Shown here: piece after piece, positions 37,097 through 46,316 of the stretch
Numbering within the stretch: the stretch's first letter is position 1
Layout: each line of letters starts with the position of its first letter
Assembly: GCA_964562175.1 (NCBI GenBank)
Contig: CAZLRV010000010.1
Location: forward strand, 1,344 to 65,343
Length of the DNA: 64,000 nucleotides
Source: an uncultured Lachnospiraceae bacterium
GTDB lineage: Bacteria > Bacillota > Clostridia > Oscillospirales > CAG-272
Direction of reading: 5' to 3'
The notes under the pieces: generated by a model
Seen by the model: only the letters and a program-made list of their open reading frames with translations
Database searches by the model: none
What the model was told of the DNA's origin: nothing
Translations under genes and position numbers: made by a program

Positions 37097-37142
37097 GTCG
37101 TAATTTGATATCTTAAGATATCGAATTACGGCTTTCTTTTTT
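37097..37142 (+). terminator. terminator copy at the island right end (likely terminates the BREX-like operon)
   Basis: GTCGTAATTTGATATCTTAAGATATCGAATTACGGC plus TTTCTTTTTT. The two substitutions relative to the lysS copy both become G-U pairs. Confidence 0.75.
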
Positions 37143-37214
37143 AAGCTGGACTTTTAGGATATGGGCCATGATTAAAAGTCATGGCTTTTTGTTATTTTCA
37201 ATGTTAATAAAATG

Positions 37215-37246
<32 letters not shown>

Positions 37247-37249
37247 TCG

Positions 37250-37258
37250 TGATATAAT
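37250..37258 (+). promoter_or_regulatory. extended -10 element TGaTATAAT upstream of the DUF4234 gene
   Basis: Perfect TATAAT with TG, about 78 nt upstream of the ATG at 37336. Confidence 0.5.
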
Positions 37259-37335
37259 TGCATACATAAGAATTTACGACAAGATAAATTCGATATTGTT
37301 CGACACATCTTGCCGCAAAAAACAAGGTGAAAAGT

Positions 37336-37863
37336 ATGAAAACCTGCCCTGCGTGTAACGCACAATTTGACGACAGTGCAACATTCTGCGGATGTTGCGG
37401 TAATTCCTTTCCGCAAGCGGAGACGGTGCAAGTAGAGACACCGAAAGCGGAAATACATTATCCGCCGGCACTTCAATTACCTACCCATCGCGGACTTATC
37501 AAAATGGTTCTTTTGAGTTTGATCACATTCGGAATATACGGTATCGTGGTTCAAAGCGAAATATCGGGTGAGATCAACATCGTTGCGAGCCGATATGACG
37601 GAAAACGTACAGTTCACATGCTTGCGGTACCTTGGCTTACATGTCTGACATTCGGAATCTATTTCTTTGTATGGAATCACGGCTTAGCCAAGCGTATCGG
37701 CAACGAGCTAAAGAGACGAGGCTGTAATTACTCATTCGGTGCATTACATTATTGGCTATGGAACATATTAGGTACACTTATCATAATCGGACCGTTTGTT
37801 TATTGTCACAAGTTTATGAAGGCGATGAATCTGATAAACAAAAGCTACAATATCAACGGATAA
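37336..37863 (+). CDS. zinc-ribbon plus DUF4234-like membrane protein
   Basis: N-terminal CPACNAQFDDSATFCGCCG, then two hydrophobic hairpins with FGIYG/FGIYFFVWNH motifs. Confidence 0.55.
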   Translation: MKTCPACNAQFDDSATFCGCCGNSFPQAETVQVETPKAEIHYPPALQLPTHRGLIKMVLLSLITFGIYGIVVQSEISGEINIVASRYDGKRTVHMLAVPWLTCLTFGIYFFVWNHGLAKRIGNELKRRGCNYSFGALHYWLWNILGTLIIIGPFVYCHKFMKAMNLINKSYNING

Positions 37864-37869
37864 AAGAAC

Positions 37870-37912
37870 AGTCTCATATCTCAAGAAAATTGAGGTATGA
37901 GACTCTTTTTTT
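37870..37912 (+). terminator. Rho-independent terminator
   Basis: AGTCTCATA ... TATGAGACT followed by CTTTTTTT. Confidence 0.75.
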
Positions 37913-38024
37913 AATGCACACAAGTTTTATATTTTATGCAGCTTTATATACTGCGGCTATTGATTTTTTTCACGATATATGGTACAATATTTATGTTAAT
38001 GATGATATATTATCGGAGGTTGTT

Positions 38025-38825
38025 ATGATACAATATCACATTTTTCCGGGTGGACTTAGGCGTGTTGTTACGTTCAGCTATGACGACGGCAGTGAAAACG
38101 ATCGACGCTTGATAGGGCTTTTTAACAAATACAGCGTTAAGGGCACCTTTCATCTCAACGGTATACGCTACCTTGGAATAAGTGACGAGGCACGCGGTAA
38201 GCTTTGCGAGCAATATTCGGGGCATGAAATTTCGTGCCACACCCTGCAGCACGGTTGGCCGGCACGTATGCCCGAGCAGTCTCTTGTTCGTGAAATAACG
38301 GAGGAGAGGCGTATTCTTGAGGATATTTGCTCGTATCCCGTTGTCGGTATGTCTTATCCGAGCGGTTCGTTCAACGAACGTGTCTGTCAAGTAGCACGCA
38401 ACTGCGGAATTTTGTACAGCAGAACGACAAAAAGCACCAAGGGGTTTATCCTTCCGGATGATTTTATGCAGTGGCATCCGTCATGTCATCACCGTGATGC
38501 TCTTTCGCTGTGTGAGCCTTTTCTTGCCTCGCTCGATTCCGAATGGACTCATCCTCTTTTCTACATATGGGGACACAGCCATGAGCTTCGATGCGAGGAG
38601 GATTGGGAATATATGGAGCAGATATTGAAAAAGCTTTCCGGAAATCCTAAAATATGGTACGCAACGAACATTGAGATATACCGTTATATCGAGGCTCAAC
38701 GCAGGCTTGAGGTATCATACGACGAAAGCGTTTTTTACAATCCGTCCTCGCTTGATGTATGGGTCGAGCGGAACAAGCGTGATATTATATGTATACCTGC
38801 GGGTCAGACCGTGCGTGTACCGTAA
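38025..38825 (+). CDS. polysaccharide deacetylase (NodB homology domain) family protein
   Basis: FSYDDGSENDRRL (Asp-Asp metal/catalytic motif) and HTLQHG. Start at the ATG at 38025 after GGAGG. The upstream part of the track ORF overlaps the previous gene. Confidence 0.7.
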   Translation: MIQYHIFPGGLRRVVTFSYDDGSENDRRLIGLFNKYSVKGTFHLNGIRYLGISDEARGKLCEQYSGHEISCHTLQHGWPARMPEQSLVREITEERRILEDICSYPVVGMSYPSGSFNERVCQVARNCGILYSRTTKSTKGFILPDDFMQWHPSCHHRDALSLCEPFLASLDSEWTHPLFYIWGHSHELRCEEDWEYMEQILKKLSGNPKIWYATNIEIYRYIEAQRRLEVSYDESVFYNPSSLDVWVERNKRDIICIPAGQTVRVP

Positions 38826-38828
38826 GGC

Positions 38829-39485
38829 TTATTCTTTATTTGACAGTGAACGGCAAACGGAACAATAGAGTGTAACAAGTGCCGATGAAAGCAACAGACT
38901 GCCGATTATATCCGTCAGCCAATGCACACCGCTGAGCAATCTTCCGACAACGGTCACGGCAATGATGACGATGCAGGGAGCTTCGAGCATCACACGCAAT
39001 GTCTTTTTCTCGCCGAGCAAACGTTTAAGCTCCGATATGCCTGTCGCCATAATACACACAACAAGCATTGTATGCGATGACGGGTACGATGCTTCAAGCT
39101 CACCGTCTATCAATACGGGGCGGCAATTTACCACGGCAAGCTCAAACAGAATATAGAACGCAACGACTGCAACGTAAAACACGCCGAGTGCTATCAGCTC
39201 TCTGTCTACCCTTGCCACACTTTTTCTTTTGATCAGTTGAACGACACCGCAAAGTGCAAAGCCGAATGCCGCCGCTATTGAAACAAGTCCGAGCATCTCT
39301 GTAATATCGTACCAAAGCTCACTTCTGCCGAGCAGATCGAAAACGGATTTATTGAGCGTTGCCATGCCGATATTGCCGCCTGTCGCCTCAACAGTCTGAA
39401 CATCGACAAAAAGCACGGCAGCCGTGAATATCGCAAACAGCAAAAACAACGTTGCCGACACTATGTAACCGACTTTGTTTTTCAT
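38829..39485 (-). CDS. PAP2-family phosphatase (phosphatidic acid phosphatase type 2 / undecaprenyl-PP phosphatase-like)
   Basis: Motifs SYPSSHT and SGVHWLTD in a polytopic membrane protein. Start at the ATG at 39485 after GAGGA. Confidence 0.75.
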   Translation of the reverse strand: MKNKVGYIVSATLFLLFAIFTAAVLFVDVQTVEATGGNIGMATLNKSVFDLLGRSELWYDITEMLGLVSIAAAFGFALCGVVQLIKRKSVARVDRELIALGVFYVAVVAFYILFELAVVNCRPVLIDGELEASYPSSHTMLVVCIMATGISELKRLLGEKKTLRVMLEAPCIVIIAVTVVGRLLSGVHWLTDIIGSLLLSSALVTLYCSVCRSLSNKE

Positions 39486-39572
39486 ATTATTTTTCCTCAT
39501 TACTTTATTCTTCCATACCCTCCGCTCGTGCCGCACGGCACGGGCATTTTATTATATCGCATATTGTCAAAG

Positions 39573-41807
39573 TCAATTAAGGTCTATTACGTCCCTGCCC
39601 TCTCTTATAATTCCCTCACAGCCTTCTTTGACTATTTTAGCGTATTCTTCCCTTGCAAGCTTATCCTTTACATATTCGGTAATATACATTCTTCGTCCGT
39701 TGTGTATCATTGTAAACGGTGCCTCGGCTTCATATCTCGCACCGTATACTATTGTAATATCGTCGCTCATATATTTTTTCACGACCCGTGTGGCATCAAA
39801 GCTTGAGTACGGTACATACAGCACACGTTCGTTTTTTTCCACGATAAACGGCACGAACACTTCATCCTCAAAGCCGTAGGGCTTAAGCAGTGTTATTTTG
39901 CATGACAGCTCGGACACCGTCGTTGCCGCCGACGGGTAATATCTTATCAGCTTACCGCCGCATTTTTCGGAGTACGATACGAGCTTTGCATATTCCTCCT
40001 CGTCCTCGGCATATTTATCCGGCACGTAAAGTTTATCTATCGTTATACGTGAGCAAACATTGGAAACCGTCTTGAAGTTATAGCTTTCGGTGTTTACCAT
40101 AACAAACGAATCGAGCCGTTTTATTCCGTGCTTGCCCAGCCCGTCAAGTATTTCAACGAACACATCGGAATCGCCTCCATCCGTGTAATCCAGCATTACG
40201 GCACGGGAATCCGATACTATGCACACGGCATCGCCGTTGTCCGTATTTTGAATTATCACATAGCTGTTTTTCGCATAGAACGCATCGCAAACGCAAGCAA
40301 TGACGATATACAGTGTCAATATTGATGCGGTAAAATACAGAAAATCAGAGCGTTTTGCTTTTCTGTAAAGCATAATACCGTACATTACAAAGACTATTAT
40401 CAGAAAAGGCAATGAAAAAACATACTCAAGTGAAACCACCGCATCGAGCGTGCTTGCACAGTATTTTATCGTCTGCGTACAGAAGACCGAAAACGCCGAG
40501 GCAAGACTTCCGCACAGAGCTGCCACAGGCTCAAAAAACGAGAATATAACACAGAGCGGGGCAAGATAAAGTATTGCGGTAATGCTCGGCGAAAGCATGA
40601 ATGTAGTCAAGGAAGAAAATACATGAAATTCTCCGTAATATATCATAAGCACGGGAATAACGGCAAAGGATGCGCTCAGCGAGATAAGAAACGACGAGGC
40701 AACGAACATCAGCGGGTCTTTCAGCGGCTTAGGTAATCTTCTTTTCAAATATTTGTCAAGCTCCTCTGAGGTCGGTACACCGAATGCCAATATTCCGTAG
40801 GTAGAACAGAGTGAAAGTGCGAGTCCCACATCGAAAAGCGCATACGGACAAAGAAAATAAAGCAAAAAAGCCGAAAAGAACAGCGTTGTCAGACTATCGG
40901 ATCTGTTTTTCAGGAAAAACGAGCCGTTGCAAAACAGGTACATTATTCCGGCACGCAAAACGGACATTGCCGCACCGGTAAGTAAAACATAGACAACGCA
41001 TATTGTAAGCGATATTATAAGTCCGGGAATTTTCATCCGCAAAAGCTTTTTGAAGATCATATCGGTGAGCGCAAGTATCGCTATCAAGTGCATTCCCGAC
41101 ACGGCACAAAGATGTGTTGTGCCGGTACGCTTGTAGTAGGAGTAGACTTCATCGGGTATATTATCACGGTCACCGAAAACAAGACCCGAAACAAAGCCGC
41201 TTTGATCGGCGCAATATTTGTTCGTGCGCGATACGGCGTAATTCTGCAAGCCCTTAAAGTATTGCATAGGGTCAGAGGAGCTGTCAAGTACTTCGACAAG
41301 CTTACCCGTACAGTAGCCGAGTACATTTCTTGACAAATAGTACGATTCATTGTCCGTATATTCCTCAATTCCCGTAAGCGCACCGGAAAAGGTGAAATAT
41401 GTGTATTCGCCGACATTTTCTCCCTCAACGTCGATAACGCATTTTATTTTTTTGCCATTGGGTGCGTAGACCACGCCCTCATGTCCGTCGGTATAATAGG
41501 CTTTAAATACCGTTTCGTTATCGTTAAAGCATTTTCTCGCTCCGTCAGCTGCGATACCGTAATAAATATAAGAGGATATGCACATTGCGCCGCACATAAC
41601 GCAAGCTGCCGCCATGAAAAAACCGGTATACTGCCCGAAATAGCCCTCCTCAAAGCGTTTGTGCTTATATGTGGGGATGACCGATACGGCAAAAAAGACT
41701 ATACCCAAGACAAGCGACAGCGCAACGGGAAGAAAAAAGCATAACAGCAATGCGACTATTGAGCAAAAGCTTGCAAATACAAATGGGCGATGTCTGAACA
41801 GCTTCAT
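39573..41807 (-). CDS. comEC: ComEC/Rec2-family DNA internalisation channel protein with degenerate C-terminal MBL-like domain
   Basis: Competence domain motif GTTHLCAVSGMHL within about 10 TM segments. Start at the ATG at 41807 after GGAGGA. The C-terminus lacks HxHxDH. Confidence 0.75.
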   Translation of the reverse strand: MKLFRHRPFVFASFCSIVALLLCFFLPVALSLVLGIVFFAVSVIPTYKHKRFEEGYFGQYTGFFMAAACVMCGAMCISSYIYYGIAADGARKCFNDNETVFKAYYTDGHEGVVYAPNGKKIKCVIDVEGENVGEYTYFTFSGALTGIEEYTDNESYYLSRNVLGYCTGKLVEVLDSSSDPMQYFKGLQNYAVSRTNKYCADQSGFVSGLVFGDRDNIPDEVYSYYKRTGTTHLCAVSGMHLIAILALTDMIFKKLLRMKIPGLIISLTICVVYVLLTGAAMSVLRAGIMYLFCNGSFFLKNRSDSLTTLFFSAFLLYFLCPYALFDVGLALSLCSTYGILAFGVPTSEELDKYLKRRLPKPLKDPLMFVASSFLISLSASFAVIPVLMIYYGEFHVFSSLTTFMLSPSITAILYLAPLCVIFSFFEPVAALCGSLASAFSVFCTQTIKYCASTLDAVVSLEYVFSLPFLIIVFVMYGIMLYRKAKRSDFLYFTASILTLYIVIACVCDAFYAKNSYVIIQNTDNGDAVCIVSDSRAVMLDYTDGGDSDVFVEILDGLGKHGIKRLDSFVMVNTESYNFKTVSNVCSRITIDKLYVPDKYAEDEEEYAKLVSYSEKCGGKLIRYYPSAATTVSELSCKITLLKPYGFEDEVFVPFIVEKNERVLYVPYSSFDATRVVKKYMSDDITIVYGARYEAEAPFTMIHNGRRMYITEYVKDKLAREEYAKIVKEGCEGIIREGRDVIDLN

Positions 41808-41965
41808 TTTTTCCTCCGTTATGCCGTGTTCGGCTCTTTTGTCTATTATAGCATAAGCGGTCGTAAATTGCAATACGGCAAATAAAATTTCTTTACACAA
41901 AAACGCCGAGGATAGCGTCTTTAAGCCATCCTCGGTGTATATCATCTATGATATCAATGTTGTTC

Positions 41966-43027
41966 TCAGTCGAGTGTTATCTCTCTGTTTTGTTCGGATG
42001 AATCGTACAATGCTTGCATTATTCTTGCCGTTATCTCGACGGTATCTATATGCGACGGGAGTCGCTCACCGCTCTGTATACAGCGGACGAAGGAGGCTAT
42101 TTCATTTCTGTACATATTCAGCTCATGGTCGAAGTCCGGCTTTTCGGTAACAAGCTCGCCGTCCTTTACGGTAAACAGTTGAAAATCTCCGCCGTATTTC
42201 AGCCGTATGCCGCCCTTATCTCCGATAAAATCTATAAATCTTTCATCTATGAAAATATTCTGCGCCCATGCGCCGTTGAGCGTTATCGTCGCTTTATCCG
42301 TGCGTATCATACCGGTTATAAATTCCTCAACGTCATATGTTCCGTTATAATCCGGAGGGCCTGCCCACATATTCTTGTATACATAGCCCTTCATATCCGT
42401 GGCGAGCTTGCTGTAAGCCTTGCCGCTTACGGCAAGCGGCTTCGGATCGGAGAGGCAATACATTATAAGATCGAGGTAATGCACGCCCCAATCTATCAAA
42501 ACGCCGCCGCCCGATACGGCTTTTGTCGTAAACATTCCGCCGAGTCCGGGAATGGAGCGTGCGGCTCTGAACGATGCATACACGTGATAGACCTCGCCGA
42601 GTGTGCCTTCGTCAATTATTTCTTTTATGCGGTTTACGGCGGCATTGAATCTGTTTACAACGCCGATATTCAGCGTCTTGCCCGTTTCCGCCGCAACCTT
42701 TTGCATCAAATGCACCTCGTCAAGTGTTCTTGCCGCAGGCTTTTCGCAAAGCACGTGCTTGCCGGCACGCATAAAATCAATCGATATTATAGGATGAAGA
42801 TCGTTCGGCGTACATACCGATACCGCATCAAGCTCGGGATCGTCCAATATTTGACGGTAATCATACACTGCCGTGCCTCCGTTTAAGGTCACCATTTCAT
42901 CGGCACGCTCGGGTATGATATCGCAATAATATTTTATATGCACATCCGGACAATTCAAATATGACGGTATATGAGCGGTTCTTGCTATATTACCGCAGCC
43001 GATCACCGCAACATTTATTTTACTCAT
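41966..43027 (-). CDS. Gfo/Idh/MocA-family NAD(P)-dependent oxidoreductase
   Basis: N-terminal Rossmann motif INVAVIGCGNIARTAHIP, then the EKP motif (LCEKPAA). Confidence 0.85.
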   Translation of the reverse strand: MSKINVAVIGCGNIARTAHIPSYLNCPDVHIKYYCDIIPERADEMVTLNGGTAVYDYRQILDDPELDAVSVCTPNDLHPIISIDFMRAGKHVLCEKPAARTLDEVHLMQKVAAETGKTLNIGVVNRFNAAVNRIKEIIDEGTLGEVYHVYASFRAARSIPGLGGMFTTKAVSGGGVLIDWGVHYLDLIMYCLSDPKPLAVSGKAYSKLATDMKGYVYKNMWAGPPDYNGTYDVEEFITGMIRTDKATITLNGAWAQNIFIDERFIDFIGDKGGIRLKYGGDFQLFTVKDGELVTEKPDFDHELNMYRNEIASFVRCIQSGERLPSHIDTVEITARIMQALYDSSEQNREITLD

Positions 43028-43229
43028 ATTACAAAGCCTTTCGTTTTTTGTTTATTATACTATATTTCAAGCGAAAAATCAAGTATTTTTTTCACATTTT
43101 ATCCTCAATGACACGTTTTTTTATGCCGTTCTTCGGCTAACTGATTTATTTGTGAAAAATTCGGCAAAATCGTTGACATACGGGCAAAAAAATGATATCA
43201 TTATCTTATTATTTTGTCGGAGGATGATT

Positions 43230-43850
43230 ATGAGCGAAATAAGAATTGATACAGTGAGCGAATGCGGAGAGCTTCCGATAGGTGCAAGCAAAATGTTCGG
43301 TCTGCCGAGCGTTTACGACAACGAGGAATTTGAGGTGCCGACATTTGATTGCCGGGGTATGGAGCATGATATGACATTCATAGCTCAAATAAAATGCTCG
43401 GATATTGCCTCACTCGATACGGAAAATATCCTGCCGCACACGGGAATGCTTTACTTTTTCTACAACACCGCAGAAATGCCGTCAACGCCCGACATTGAGG
43501 ATGCGGCGGCTGTAATATACGATGAGCGTGAAGCAAAAGAGGTGCTTGAGCAAGACGAGGACGAGGACATAATACCCGAGGTAAAGCTGTCATTTCACTC
43601 ACCGAGCGAGTCGGTAAGCGACGATTTTGTGATATTGCCGGAGCTTTGCGACGAGCTTTCCGAGGAGGATGAAACGGAATTTGAAGATGAATATGAGTCT
43701 GAGGGAGAGGACATAATACTGCTTAAGCTGAAGCTGTTCGGCGATGACGATACGAACTCCGATGTATGCGGTGAAAGCCTGTGCTTTCTCATTGACAAAA
43801 AGTGCTTGCAGGAAAGGGACTTTTCCGACATTCGGGTGATGGTAATATAG
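43230..43850 (+). CDS. DUF1963 (YwqG-like) family protein with acidic C-terminal region
   Basis: PHTGMLYFFYN motif. Start at the ATG at 43230 after GGAGGA. Confidence 0.45.
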   Translation: MSEIRIDTVSECGELPIGASKMFGLPSVYDNEEFEVPTFDCRGMEHDMTFIAQIKCSDIASLDTENILPHTGMLYFFYNTAEMPSTPDIEDAAAVIYDEREAKEVLEQDEDEDIIPEVKLSFHSPSESVSDDFVILPELCDELSEEDETEFEDEYESEGEDIILLKLKLFGDDDTNSDVCGESLCFLIDKKCLQERDFSDIRVMVI

Positions 43851-43976
43851 AACGGCGGCGTGTGCTTTGAATATCATATAAATTTAACATAAATTTAAAA
43901 TTATGTATTGACAATCGGGCGAGGGTCTTGTATAATATTTGTATATGGGTATAACGATATGCGGTCGGAGGGACGA

Positions 43977-44921
43977 ATGGAAAAAATAATATCTGTCTGC
44001 GGCCCTACGGCTTCGGGAAAAAGCGCACTGGCACTTGAGCTGTGCCGTCACTTTGACGGTGAGCTTATCTCCTGCGACAGTATGCAGGTATACAAATATC
44101 TCGATATCGGCACCGCAAAGCCGAGTGCGGACGAACAAGCCGAAATAAAGCATCATATGATCGATGTCTTTATGCCGTGGGAGGATTGCAGCTGCGGCGA
44201 ATATGCGAAAAGAGCCAGGGGTTGCATAAAGGATGTTCTCATTCGCAATAAAATGCCCGTTCTCTGCGGCGGCACGGGGCTTTATCTCAATGCCATAGTA
44301 AATAATCTCGATACTTGCCCCTCAAAATGTGACGAGGAGCTTCGACGTACCCTGCTTGAGAAAGATAAGCACGAGCTGTGGTCAATGCTTAAAGAGATCG
44401 ACCCGGACTCCGCCGAGTCCATACACGAAAACAATGTTAAGAGAGTCGTGCGTGCAATTGAGATATATCATACTGCGGGTATGACAAAAACAGAGCTTGA
44501 TGCAAAACAGCGAGCAAGCAAGCCCGAATTCGATGTGATAAACGTAATATTGGATTTTGAGGATCGCGAGCATTTATATGGCAAAATAGACCGCAGGTGC
44601 GAGCAAATGCTTGACGGCGGGCTTATCGACGAGATACGCCGCTTGCTTGAATGCGGCTCTTTGATAGAAGGTTCGACGGCATATCAAGCCATAGGATACA
44701 AAGAATTCATCTCATATCTGCGTGGCGAGGTCTCATATGATGAGGCGGTCACCACATTCAAGCAGGCAACGAGAAATTACGCAAAGCGTCAAATAACATG
44801 GTTTAAAAAAACAGACGGCTTGAGATTCAAGGTAGATACTTATTCGTCGTTTGAGAAGCTGAGGGACGAGGTCATAAAACAGCTTTCGTCCGTGCTTACA
44901 CCGATGGAGGAAACTGTATGA
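43977..44921 (+). CDS. miaA: tRNA dimethylallyltransferase
   Basis: ISVCGPTASGKSALA P-loop, SCDSMQVYKYLDIGTAKP and RNYAKRQITWFK. Confidence 0.92.
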   Translation: MEKIISVCGPTASGKSALALELCRHFDGELISCDSMQVYKYLDIGTAKPSADEQAEIKHHMIDVFMPWEDCSCGEYAKRARGCIKDVLIRNKMPVLCGGTGLYLNAIVNNLDTCPSKCDEELRRTLLEKDKHELWSMLKEIDPDSAESIHENNVKRVVRAIEIYHTAGMTKTELDAKQRASKPEFDVINVILDFEDREHLYGKIDRRCEQMLDGGLIDEIRRLLECGSLIEGSTAYQAIGYKEFISYLRGEVSYDEAVTTFKQATRNYAKRQITWFKKTDGLRFKVDTYSSFEKLRDEVIKQLSSVLTPMEETV

Positions 44922-46303
44922 TAAAAAAGGAATTATGTGAAAAGGTTCTCGCCCGTGCCATGTGCAGTGGTGCGGACTATGCGGAGATATACGCCGAGGA
45001 CAAGACCTCGTCATCTATATCCATGATAGCTTCATGCGTTGAAAACGCAGTATCGGGACGTGACAGAGGTGTCGGAATAAGAATATTTTCAAAAACGAAT
45101 TGCGTGTACGTATACGGCAACGATATGAGCGAGGACGGGCTTATCTCCCTTGCCGCACGAGCGGCGGATGCGCTCGGACAATGCCGTGGATGCAACACGG
45201 ATATGGTTCTCTGCGAAAAACGCTTTGAGCCTGTATGCGATATTGTGATACCGAATTCGAGCGTTGATATAAAAAGAAAGACGGAGCTTCTTAAGACGGG
45301 GTATTTTGCCGCACTTGATTATTCAAGTGAAATAAAGCAGGTGCGTGCCTCCCTCGCTCTGAGTGAAAAGGATGTGCTTGTGGCAAACAGCGACGGTGTA
45401 TACGGCTCCGACAGGCGTTCGTATTGCCGTGTCGTTATAAACGCCGTCGCATCCGACGGTACGGAAAATCAATCCGGACTTTTCTCTCCCGGCTCACACA
45501 GCGGTTGGGAATTTGTCGAGGGGCTTGATATGGTAACGGGCGGGCGTGAGGCCTCACGGCGTGCCGTGACCATGCTCAATGCCGACAAATGTCCGTCCGG
45601 CTTAATGCCCGTAATAATGGGCAACGGCTTCGGCGGTGTCATTTTCCATGAGGCGTGCGGTCATTCGCTTGAAGCGACCTCGGTTGGCAAGGGCAATTCC
45701 GTTTTTTGCGGAAAGCTCGGCGAGCGTATAGCCTCGGAAAAGGTAACCGCTTACGATGACGGAACGCTGGTGAATGCTTGGGGCAGTCTTTCCATGAGCG
45801 ATGAGGGCGAGAAGCCTCAAAAGATATTGCTTATCGAAAACGGTATCTTGAAAAATTATATGATAGACAAATTAGGCTCACGGCGTATGAATATGCCTCA
45901 GACGGGCAGCGGTCGCCGTCAAAGCTATGAATATGCCCCCACATCACGTATGACAAATACCTATATAGCGTGCGGTAACGACAGCTTTGAGGATATGCTT
46001 TCATCCGTCGATTGCGGACTTTATGCGGCAAATATGGGCGGCGGCTCTGTAGACCCCGTAACCGGAGAATTCAATTTTGCGGTAGTCGAGGGCTATATGA
46101 TACGAGGCGGCAAAATAGCGGAGCCTGTACGAGGTGCGACTCTTATCGGTAAGGGAAGCGAGATATTAAACGATATCTACATGGTATCAAACGACCTTGA
46201 GCTGGCACAGGGTATGTGCGGCTCATCATCCGGCTCAATTCCCACAAACGTCGGTCAGCCTACGATCGCCGTGAGAAAGATACTTGTAGGCGGCGAGGGC
46301 TGA
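44918..46303 (+). CDS. tldD: TldD-family metalloprotease
   Basis: HEACGHSLE zinc motif. Size 461 aa. Paired with pmbA. Confidence 0.85.
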   Translation: MIKKELCEKVLARAMCSGADYAEIYAEDKTSSSISMIASCVENAVSGRDRGVGIRIFSKTNCVYVYGNDMSEDGLISLAARAADALGQCRGCNTDMVLCEKRFEPVCDIVIPNSSVDIKRKTELLKTGYFAALDYSSEIKQVRASLALSEKDVLVANSDGVYGSDRRSYCRVVINAVASDGTENQSGLFSPGSHSGWEFVEGLDMVTGGREASRRAVTMLNADKCPSGLMPVIMGNGFGGVIFHEACGHSLEATSVGKGNSVFCGKLGERIASEKVTAYDDGTLVNAWGSLSMSDEGEKPQKILLIENGILKNYMIDKLGSRRMNMPQTGSGRRQSYEYAPTSRMTNTYIACGNDSFEDMLSSVDCGLYAANMGGGSVDPVTGEFNFAVVEGYMIRGGKIAEPVRGATLIGKGSEILNDIYMVSNDLELAQGMCGSSSGSIPTNVGQPTIAVRKILVGGEG

Positions 46304-46316
46304 AGGAGGAAATATC

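Noticed and set aside
37752-38024. N-terminal extension of the deacetylase ORF
   Set aside because: It overlaps the end of the DUF4234 gene and runs across its terminator hairpin (37870-37912). A GGAGG-ATG start at 38025 fits better.
42014-42886. 290-aa plus-strand ORF
   Set aside because: It is entirely antisense to the Gfo/Idh/MocA oxidoreductase gene, which has clear Rossmann and EKP motifs. This is a typical shadow ORF.
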